DNA of 64,000 nucleotides from Actinomycetes bacterium (GTDB taxonomy: Bacteria; Actinomycetota; Thermoleophilia; BMS3ABIN01). Below the pieces are notes generated by a model. The model was not told the DNA's origin, did no database searches, and saw only the letters and a program-made list of their open reading frames with translations. The position numbers and the translations under genes were made by a program. The stretch is taken from positions 80,245 through 144,244 of the forward strand of contig JAJYXB010000022.1 in assembly GCA_021791195.1 (NCBI GenBank). Direction: 5' to 3'. Below are positions 29,368-36,979 of this stretch, piece by piece. Each line of letters begins with the position of its first letter. The first letter of the stretch is position 1.

Positions 29368-30018
29368 ATGTTTACCAGTGATTTGTTGCTACAGTTTCTG
29401 ATCACGCTGCCGGCGCTGCTGATATCGATGGTGCTGCACGAGGTGTCGCACGGCTACGTGGCCTACCGCCTGGGTGACCGTACGGCGAGGCAGCGGGGGC
29501 GGCTCTCGCTCAACCCGCTCAAGCACCTGGACAAGCTCGGCTCGCTGATGCTGTGCATCACCTATTTCGGCTCCGGCGGCAGCATGCTGTTCGGCTGGGC
29601 CAAGCCGGTGCCGATCAATCCCGGCAATTTCAAGGATCCCCAGCGGGGGATGATGTGGGTGGGCGCTGCCGGCCCGGCTGCCAATCTGCTGATCGCCATC
29701 GCCAGCGCGCTGGCGCTCAAGATGGCCTATCCCTATCCGGTGGACAGCAACCTGTTCATGGCGCTGTTCCTGGTGTTCCGGCTCAACCTGATCCTGATGG
29801 TGTTCAACCTCATCCCGGTGCCGCCGCTGGACGGCTCGCGCATCGTGGGCGGTTTTCTCAGCCGGCAGGCGTACGTGCGCTGGATCCAGATGGACCAGTA
29901 CGGGATGATGTTCGTCATGCTGCTGATGTTCGTGCTGATCGGCCCCCTGGGTGCGGGTTTCTCCAGCTTCTTCGCCAGCCTCTACCACATCTTCCTGCCT
30001 GCCTCCTACGGATTTTAG
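29368..30018 (+). CDS. site-2 protease family (peptidase M50B-like) membrane metalloprotease
   Basis: HEVSHG (HExxH) in TM1, LNPLKHLD motif, multi-TM. Confidence 0.75.
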   Translation: MFTSDLLLQFLITLPALLISMVLHEVSHGYVAYRLGDRTARQRGRLSLNPLKHLDKLGSLMLCITYFGSGGSMLFGWAKPVPINPGNFKDPQRGMMWVGAAGPAANLLIAIASALALKMAYPYPVDSNLFMALFLVFRLNLILMVFNLIPVPPLDGSRIVGGFLSRQAYVRWIQMDQYGMMFVMLLMFVLIGPLGAGFSSFFASLYHIFLPASYGF

Positions 30019-30103
30019 GGCGGGGACGTTGCTTTCCTAAAGTTCCTATTTTAGAGGGTAGGGCGGGGACGTTGCTTTCCTAAAGTTCCTGTTTTAGAGG
30101 GAA
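30018..30103. repeat. two tandem direct 43-bp repeats (GGGCGGGGACGTTGCTTTCCTAAAGTTCCTRTTTTAGAGGG)
   Basis: Copies at 30018..30060 and 30061..30103 with one mismatch; they begin at the stop codon of the M50 protease gene. Confidence 0.85.
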
Positions 30104-30250
30104 GGAACGCTCTTGGCTGCAGTTTCCTGTTATTGAATGGATCCAGCGTCGGGCGGTTTTCGCACAGAGGAACGTTCTCGGACGTCCACGGCGAATCCGG
30201 CAGATCTCCAGCAGATCACACTGCCGCCCATTAGTTTCCCCTTATATTTA

Positions 30251-30330
30251 GGAACTTTAGGAAAGCAACGTCCCTGGTTTGGGACGCGGTTTTGGAACTT
30301 TAGGAAAGCAACGTCCCCGGTTTGGGACAG
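30251..30330. repeat. two inverted copies of the same repeat (GGAACTTTAGGAAAGCAACGTCCC), each followed by GTCCC-N6-GGGAC palindromes
   Basis: 30251..30274 and 30295..30319 are reverse complements of the 30018/30061 repeats; palindromes CGTCCCTGGTTTGGGACG (30269..30286) and GTCCCCGGTTTGGGAC (30313..30328). Confidence 0.85.
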
Positions 30331-30377
30331 GCCCCGGAGGGGGAAATCAGTCGTGGTGGCGAGTTCTGGAGCGGATC

Positions 30378-33300
30378 ATGGGCGATTGCATGGAGGGGTT
30401 TCCGGAGGCCGGCGAGCGGCTGTTTCGCATACTGGCATTTGACTGGGACGGCACCGCGGTGCCGGATCGCCATGCCGATGCCCGCCGGGTGGCCGCGGTG
30501 CTTCAGCAGCTGCTGAAGCTGGACGTGCTGGTGGCCGTCATCACCGGCACCAATTTCGAGAACATCGACCGGCAGCTTTGCTCCCTGATCCACGGTACCC
30601 ACAAGCGGCGGCTTTACGTATGCGCCAACCGTGGTTCGGAAGTTTTCGGCTTCGACATCGATGGCAATGTCACGCTGCTTTTCAGGCGGGAAGCGACACC
30701 GGACGAGAACAGGCTGCTGGACCGCATCGCCCAGGCGGTCAAAAGTGACATCGAGAGCCTGTCCAGCGTCGGCATCAACATCATCTACGACCGGCTCAAC
30801 CGCCGCAAGGTCGACCTGATCCCCGAATGGCCAGATCCGCCGAAGTCACGCATCGATGAACTGATGGCCAGAACCGAGGCGCGCCTGAAGCAGGGCGGCT
30901 ACAGCGGCGGCATCCACGGCGCCTACGAGCTGACGCTGCATTACGCCCGGCGCTTCGGCCTGAAAAACGCGCGCGTCACCAGCGACGTCAAGCACATCGA
31001 GGTGGGCCTCACCGACAAATCCGACTCGATCCGCTGGGTCATCAGCCAGCTGTGCTACCGGCGCAATATCCCCTTCCGGAACATGCTGGTGGGAGGGGAT
31101 GAGTTCGGTAATGTGGCCGGTTTCGAGGGCAGCGATTCGCACATGATCGTGCCCGAGCTCGGCGGAGATTCCTATATCGTGTCGGTGGGGAAGGAGCCTG
31201 ACGGCGTGCCGCCGGGGGTAACCCACCTGCCCGGCGGGCCCGACTGTTTCATCAGCCTGCTGGAGCGGCAGGTCGCGCTGCATCGGCTGATGCTGCCCAG
31301 CGAGGATGTGACGGCGCTGCTGGTGGAGAACGGCTTCAATCCGCTCCGGGAACGCGAGGTCGAGTCGCTGCTGGCTGTCGGCAACGGTTATCTCGGCACC
31401 CGTGGCTCGCTCGAGGAGCAGGATCCGGCGTCCAGCGCCGCCACGCTGCTGGCCGGCGTTTATGACCGGACGAGCAGGGAATCGATCGAGGAGCTTGTGG
31501 TCGTTCCTGACTGGCTGTATACGCGTATCTACGTCAATAACATCCAGCTGACCGCCGGGCGCCAGAATCTGCTGGAGCACCGGCGGGTGCTGGACATGTC
31601 CAAGGGCATGCTTTTCCGCGAGTGGCGCCACCGGGACCGGGAGAACCGCGTTACCCGCATCCGTTTCATCCGGTTCGCCTCGCTGGCGGATCCGCATCTG
31701 CTGGTGGAGCGGCTGGTGGTGGTTCCGGAGAATTACAGCGGGAAGCTGCGGGTGGAGACCGGGCTCAGGATCTGCGAGGGTTGCCCGCCCGAGCTGACCG
31801 TGACGGCCGCGGCCGGCGCCGAGCCGCCGGAAGATGAAGCGGCCAGGCGGGCGGCAGGGAGCGCGTCAGCCGGCGCGGAGCCGGAAAGCGGCGTCCGTGT
31901 CAGCGCCACCACGGTCCATACCGGCATCGCCCTGGCCCAGCGGCAGCAGAGCCGCCCCGCGGCCGGCTTCATCAACATGCGCCATTCCACTGCTGCCGGC
32001 GGTTTTGGCGCTATCGAGCGCTGGCGCTGGCGGGCGGCGGCGGGACAGCCGGTCACCATCGACAAATACGTGAGCGTCTTCACTTCGCGCGAGAGTACGG
32101 CGCCGGACCGCGAGGCGGCCGCGGCCACGGAGCGGCTGGCCGGGCTGGGCTTCCGGCCGCTTGCCCTGCAGCAGATCGGCGCCTGGCGCGACCGGCTGGC
32201 AACGGCGGCGGTCACCGTGGACGACAATGACAGCCAGCAATGGCTCAACTTCGCCCTTTATCACCTCATCAGCGCCGGGAATCCCCATGACGAGCGCAGC
32301 TCGATCAGCGCCCGCGCGCTTACCGGCTCCATTTACAAGGGACATATATTCTGGGACGCGGAGATGTTTATCCTGCCATTCTTCATCTTCACGCATCCGC
32401 CGACCGCGCGGGCGATGCTGCTGTACCGTTTCCATACGCTGGCGGCCGCCCGCGAGAATGCGCTGCGAAAGGGATATGCGGGCGCGCTGTTTGCCTGGGA
32501 AGCGACCGGCGGCGGTGAAGACATGACTCCCGCCGCCGTCGTCGATCCCCGGGGCGAGATCGTGCCGGTGCTGTCGGGCAAGCTGGAGCATCACATCAGC
32601 GCCGCGGTCGCCTGGGGCGCCTGGTCTTACTGGAATGCCAGCGGCGATGAAGGGTTCCTGGTGGGCGCCGGCGCCGAGCTGCTGATCGAAACGGCGCGCT
32701 TCTGGGCCAGCCGGGTCACCGAGGTCGATGGCAGTTTCCACATCCTCGGAGTCGAGGGCCCCGATGAATATCACGATGAAGGCGTCGATGACAACTATTA
32801 CACCAACGCCATGGCCCGCTGGAATCTGCGGCGGGCGGCGGAAGTGGTAGAGCGGCTGAAGCGTCTGCATCCGGATGAGTGGCAGCTGCTTGCCGCCAAG
32901 CTCGGCTTCGACATCGGCGAGCCCCAGCGGTGGCTGCGCGTGGCCGGCGGCATGTTCATGGGCGCCGCGGACACCGGCTCCGGCAAGAGCGCCTCGGCGG
33001 CCGGCGCGGGCGCCGCGCCGGTGGAGCAGTTTCGCGGCTACTTCGAGCTGGAGGACATCGACGTCTCCGCCTTCGGGTCCCATGTGGGACCGCTGGACGT
33101 TTTGCTCGGTCATGAACGCACGGTCGCCTCGCAGGTCGTCAAGCAGGCCGATGTGGTGATGGCGCTCTACCTGCTGGAAGAGGAGCTCGGCGCGGGCGCC
33201 ATCGAAGCCAGCTTCGATTACTACGAACCGCGAACGGTGCACGGCAGCTCGCTCTCACCCGCCATTCATGGGCTGGTGGCCGCCCGCCTGGGCCGGCTGG

Positions 33301-33725
33301 AAAACGCATGGAGCTATTTCAGCCGCGCCGCCCGCATCGACCTGGCCCACGGCAACGCCGCCGGCGGCATCCACGTCGCCGCGCTCGGCGGCCTGTGGCA
33401 GCAGGTTGTCATGGGCTTTGCCGGGGTCAGGACCAGCAGGGAGGGGGTCTTCGTCTATCCGCACCTGCCGGAGCGGTGGGGGACGATGGCTTTCACGCTG
33501 GCATGGCGCGGGCTGCAGCTCCGCTTCGCGGCCGAGCGCGGCCGCCGGCTGAGACTTGAGCTTGCCGGCGAGGGCGAGGCGATGGTGGGAATAAAAGGTT
33601 TGGAGCTGCAGGCAATGACTGGAGGCCGGAGTTACACCGCGTTCTGGCAGGGTGGCCGCTGGCAGGCCTTCTCGCCGGCAGAGGGCGCCGTAACGGCCGC
33701 CGGCATCCAGGAGGACAAGGCATGA
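30378..33725 (+). CDS. OtsB1-like fusion protein: N-terminal HAD-type trehalose-phosphatase-like domain + glycoside hydrolase family 65 (N-terminal, catalytic, C-terminal domains)
   Basis: FDWDGT HAD motif I; GH65 signatures (HIFWDAEMFILPFF, general-acid region); start moved to the ATG at 30378, downstream of the repeat array (ORF track 30279). Confidence 0.8.
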   Translation: MGDCMEGFPEAGERLFRILAFDWDGTAVPDRHADARRVAAVLQQLLKLDVLVAVITGTNFENIDRQLCSLIHGTHKRRLYVCANRGSEVFGFDIDGNVTLLFRREATPDENRLLDRIAQAVKSDIESLSSVGINIIYDRLNRRKVDLIPEWPDPPKSRIDELMARTEARLKQGGYSGGIHGAYELTLHYARRFGLKNARVTSDVKHIEVGLTDKSDSIRWVISQLCYRRNIPFRNMLVGGDEFGNVAGFEGSDSHMIVPELGGDSYIVSVGKEPDGVPPGVTHLPGGPDCFISLLERQVALHRLMLPSEDVTALLVENGFNPLREREVESLLAVGNGYLGTRGSLEEQDPASSAATLLAGVYDRTSRESIEELVVVPDWLYTRIYVNNIQLTAGRQNLLEHRRVLDMSKGMLFREWRHRDRENRVTRIRFIRFASLADPHLLVERLVVVPENYSGKLRVETGLRICEGCPPELTVTAAAGAEPPEDEAARRAAGSASAGAEPESGVRVSATTVHTGIALAQRQQSRPAAGFINMRHSTAAGGFGAIERWRWRAAAGQPVTIDKYVSVFTSRESTAPDREAAAATERLAGLGFRPLALQQIGAWRDRLATAAVTVDDNDSQQWLNFALYHLISAGNPHDERSSISARALTGSIYKGHIFWDAEMFILPFFIFTHPPTARAMLLYRFHTLAAARENALRKGYAGALFAWEATGGGEDMTPAAVVDPRGEIVPVLSGKLEHHISAAVAWGAWSYWNASGDEGFLVGAGAELLIETARFWASRVTEVDGSFHILGVEGPDEYHDEGVDDNYYTNAMARWNLRRAAEVVERLKRLHPDEWQLLAAKLGFDIGEPQRWLRVAGGMFMGAADTGSGKSASAAGAGAAPVEQFRGYFELEDIDVSAFGSHVGPLDVLLGHERTVASQVVKQADVVMALYLLEEELGAGAIEASFDYYEPRTVHGSSLSPAIHGLVAARLGRLENAWSYFSRAARIDLAHGNAAGGIHVAALGGLWQQVVMGFAGVRTSREGVFVYPHLPERWGTMAFTLAWRGLQLRFAAERGRRLRLELAGEGEAMVGIKGLELQAMTGGRSYTAFWQGGRWQAFSPAEGAVTAAGIQEDKA

Positions 33726-34582
33726 ACACCAACCGGAAGAAACCAGCGGGCAACGGGGCGGCCGTGGTCCTGCCGCTGGACGGCTCGCGCACGGCCGTGC
33801 GCGCTTTCGGCGCCGCCCGTGCGGTCACGCGGATGCTGGGCGCCCGCCTGCACGTGATCTACGTCAGCGAGAAGCCGGTGCCGGCGGCGGAGCTGCCGCG
33901 GCTGCTCCATATCGAGGCCGGAGGCGGCCGCATCCGGTTCCATCAGATTTCCGGCGAGACCGTCAGCGCCATCATCCGCTTTGCTGTCGGAGTGGACGCG
34001 AGCATGATCGTCATGTCCAGCCACGGCAGGACGCACAATACGCGGCAGATGGCCGGCGGCGTGGCCATGCGCCTGATCCAGCACACCGACATCCCGGTGA
34101 TGGTGATCCGGCCGCGCAAACAGGTGCCCGGCGCTGACTGGCGCCCGCGCCGCATGCTGGTGCCTCATGACGGCTCGCCTGTCACCGCCGGCGAAGTGGA
34201 GCAGATATTCAACCTGGCTTGTGCGATGGAGGTGGATATCGACGTGCTGCATGTGGGCATGATCGGCGCCCGGCCGCCGGTGGGGGTGGGGGCCATGGAC
34301 GGCCCGCGCTACCTGGACCGGCCGCATTATGACTGGCCCGGCTGGGCGGACGAGTTCCTGCGCCGGTTTGCCGCGCGCCCCGGTGAATCCAAGGTGCGGC
34401 TGATCTACCAACCCGGTGAGATCGTCGATGCGGCGCTCGATTACGCCGCCCAGAACCGCGACGACGTGATCGCGCTGATTTGGCACGGGATGCTGGGAGG
34501 CAAGCGGGCGGCCAGCGTCAAGGGGATCCTGATGAACGCCGAGGTGCCGGTGCTGCTGAAGCGGATCCGCGGCGGGACTTAG
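33722..34582 (+). CDS. universal stress protein (tandem UspA domains)
   Basis: Two Usp-like halves (LHVIYV..., VLHV...PVLL); start overlaps the stop of the preceding gene. Confidence 0.85.
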   Translation: MNTNRKKPAGNGAAVVLPLDGSRTAVRAFGAARAVTRMLGARLHVIYVSEKPVPAAELPRLLHIEAGGGRIRFHQISGETVSAIIRFAVGVDASMIVMSSHGRTHNTRQMAGGVAMRLIQHTDIPVMVIRPRKQVPGADWRPRRMLVPHDGSPVTAGEVEQIFNLACAMEVDIDVLHVGMIGARPPVGVGAMDGPRYLDRPHYDWPGWADEFLRRFAARPGESKVRLIYQPGEIVDAALDYAAQNRDDVIALIWHGMLGGKRAASVKGILMNAEVPVLLKRIRGGT

Positions 34583-34583
34583 G

Positions 34584-34913
34584 TCAGGAGGCCTTGCGCG
34601 CGCCCATGCGTTCGAATTCGACCAGCATGCGGCTGTAGGGTATCTCCCAGATATTGAGCAGCTTCTCGCCGATCATGAGCATGCCGGGTTCGAGCCGCCC
34701 TTCGGTCACCCGCTGGTAGACCTCCGGATACTCCTTGAGCTCCGGCGAATCGAAATCGACATACCTGAGCTTGGCGGTGCCGCCGAAATCCTCCATCAGC
34801 TGGCGGTTGATCGTTTCGGTGATCTCTTCCAGAGACCAGCTGGGGCCTCAGCCGCCAGAACAGGAGTCCAGATAGCGCGACCCGAAGACCGGGATTATTG
34901 ATTCATAAGTCAC
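34584..34913 (-). CDS. candidate selenoprotein: YuzD/DUF1462-like thioredoxin-fold protein with an in-frame UGA (Sec) codon at 34848..34850
   Basis: GGAGG SD, 8-nt spacer, GTG at 34913; translation VTYESIIPVFGSRYLDSCSGG-U-GPSWSLEEITETINRQLMEDFGG... continues in frame into the 70-aa ORF of the track; hairpin GGUCUCU-GGA-AGAGAUC (34821..34837) begins 10 nt after the UGA. Confidence 0.5.
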
Positions 34914-35027
34914 GGAAATTACCTCCTCAGATTCCCTAAGTGCTCATAAGTTTCGGTGAGCGGCCAACGATTCTTTAGACATCCGCGTCCGCTAAAAGTT
35001 TCAGAAGCGTTCAGACCCTCCGGGATT

Positions 35028-36059
35028 TTACAACCGCCGGAGCGTTTTCGCCAGCCGCCAGCCGTCGGCGCCTGTCACTTCCAGCGCCTGCTCCTCGCCA
35101 CTCTCTTCGCCGCGGCGGCGCCAGCCGACCATGATCTTCTCCTGCTCGCGCGCCTGCCCGTAGCGGGCGGTGAGCGCGGCCGCTTCGGCAAGCGCGGCGT
35201 CGTCGGCGTCCCCCTTGATGACGGCAGTGGGCCCCATCGCCGACAGCGCGCTCATGAGGACGTCACCGGGCTGCGCCAGGGCCTCCAGCCTCCTGGTCTC
35301 GTCCTCGTTGCGCGGGATGATGATCTTGCGGCCGCTGGATGAGATGAACAGCCGGCCCAGCTTCAGGGACTGGATGTCGGCCAGCGGCGGCTCGGGATCC
35401 TCGTCCAGCAGCAGCCGCAGCCGGGCGGCGAAGTTGCGGTCGCAGAGCAGGCAGCCGCCGGCGGGGCAAGGGTAGTCGTTCACGCCCAGCTCGGCCGCCA
35501 GCTGGATCTGGGGCTTGCGCGAGCGCCCTTCGATCGCCATCATCCGTTCGCGGTCCACCCAGCCTTCGCGCTCGGGCAGGCTGGGTTCGAACAGGTGTGC
35601 CGACAGTGGCCTGACGATCAGATCCTCCAGCCCGGATTCGCGCTCGATGGTGCGCATGGCGTCCGGGCGCTGCGACATCGGCCGTTCGCCCCAGACCTCG
35701 CCGGTGACGACGAAGTCAGCGCCGCTCTGCTGCATGTAGGCGCGCGCCCGCCTGAGCATGCTGATGCGGCAGTCGAGGCAGGGGTTGATGCCGCGGCCGA
35801 ATCCGTGGCGGGCATCCCTGATCGCCGCCAAAATCTCCCGGGTGGCGTTGAGCACCTTCAGCGGGATGCCGTATTCCTCGGCGGCCTTGCGCGCCTCGGA
35901 CTTGCAGCTGCTCTTGGCCGTGCAGGTGCAGAAGGCGGTAACGAAGTTGACCGCCTCCAGCCCGATGCCCTGGTCGAGCATCATCTTCACTGCCAGGCGG
36001 CTGTCCAGCCCGCCGGAGAGCAGGATGATCGCCTTGCGCTTTTTCTTTTCCATGGTCAT
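35028..36059 (-). CDS. PP-loop superfamily ATPase, Cys-rich (tRNA thiolation / sulfur-transferase type, TtuA/MnmA-like)
   Basis: N-terminal AIILLSGGLDSRLA PP-loop; CTC, NPCLDC and CPAGGCLLC cysteine clusters. Confidence 0.6.
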   Translation of the reverse strand: MTMEKKKRKAIILLSGGLDSRLAVKMMLDQGIGLEAVNFVTAFCTCTAKSSCKSEARKAAEEYGIPLKVLNATREILAAIRDARHGFGRGINPCLDCRISMLRRARAYMQQSGADFVVTGEVWGERPMSQRPDAMRTIERESGLEDLIVRPLSAHLFEPSLPEREGWVDRERMMAIEGRSRKPQIQLAAELGVNDYPCPAGGCLLCDRNFAARLRLLLDEDPEPPLADIQSLKLGRLFISSSGRKIIIPRNEDETRRLEALAQPGDVLMSALSAMGPTAVIKGDADDAALAEAAALTARYGQAREQEKIMVGWRRRGEESGEEQALEVTGADGWRLAKTLRRL

Positions 36060-36082
36060 TTTAATATATATCAGATATCTGG

Positions 36083-36595
36083 TTAAAAATCCCTGTTAGC
36101 CGGCAGCTCCCGGTCCGGCCGCCCGCGCCGGGCGAATTCCTCGTCGCTCAGCACCTCGATTCCGGCGCGCTGGAAGAGTGCGGCGGTGACGCCATCCCCC
36201 CGGCGCCGGGCGCCGCTGAAACTGCCGTCATAGATCTCGCCGCGGCCGCATGACGGACTTCTCGCTTTCAGGATGGCCTGGCGGCAGCCGTGCCGCTGCG
36301 CGATTTCCAGCGCCCGTCGCGCTCCTTCCAGAAAGCGCTCCGTGAGATCACGGCCGCTTTTGGAAACCACGCTCGCCTTGCCGTCCAGCACATCGGCGCC
36401 GTCACCGCCCTCGATCTCCGCCGTTTCCCTTGGGGTGCGCATGCCGGAGAGCTGTTCGGGGCAGACGGGGATCGCCCGCCCGTCCTCCACCAGCCTTCTG
36501 ACTGGCTCCGACAGCCGGGCGCGGCCGTCATGACTGCAGGGCATCCCGGCCGTGCAGCCGCTGACGATCATCTTTCCGGAAAGGAGCTGGCTCAT
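36083..36595 (-). CDS. DUF523 family protein (TudS-like [4Fe-4S] thionucleobase desulfidase family)
   Basis: MIVSGCTAGMPCSHDG N-terminus matches the DUF523 ILVSACLLGxxCRYDG signature; conserved Cys ligands (CPEQL, SPSCG). Confidence 0.75.
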   Translation of the reverse strand: MSQLLSGKMIVSGCTAGMPCSHDGRARLSEPVRRLVEDGRAIPVCPEQLSGMRTPRETAEIEGGDGADVLDGKASVVSKSGRDLTERFLEGARRALEIAQRHGCRQAILKARSPSCGRGEIYDGSFSGARRRGDGVTAALFQRAGIEVLSDEEFARRGRPDRELPANRDF

Positions 36596-36979
36596 CTTTG
36601 AAGAAAAGGAGAGGACAATCCTCTGATTGCAAAATAGCAGATAAGAAACTGGTAGTAAAACTCGTAAGAAAGTTGTAAATTTTCTGGCGGGCAGAGCTTG
36701 CGATTGCTATACTTTCTTATTCTTCGGCTGGGCCAAACGTTAGGCCAGGAACCGCTTTCCCGGGTTTCAGCATTTCAGAGGATGTGCCTGCGGCGGAAAA
36801 ATAAATTTTCGCGGGGGGTTTGGCAGGCGCCGGGCCGGGTATTTTATAGCCACTTTTCCGGGCATCCGTGCTGACCGGCAGAGTAAATTTGCCGCAGCGG
36901 GCGCGAGGATAATCAGCCAAACTCCGGCAGGACGGACAAACTGAGCAGAGAAGCAGCCAAACAAGCTGGGTTTCCCAAA

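Noticed and set aside
30018-30330. Possible CRISPR array
   Set aside because: Only two direct units, immediately adjacent without spacers, plus inverted copies; no cas genes in the window.
31866-33242. 458-aa minus-strand ORF opposite the GH65 domain
   Set aside because: Antisense shadow ORF; the plus strand carries clear GH65 motifs.
34796-34796. Taking the ATG at 34796 as the true start of a 70-aa protein (no selenocysteine)
   Set aside because: Not fully rejected, and kept as an alternative. Disfavoured because the upstream in-frame region has a strong SD+GTG, encodes the conserved beta1/redox-motif part of the thioredoxin-like fold, and carries a SECIS-like hairpin at canonical spacing; the 70-aa product alone would lack the active site.
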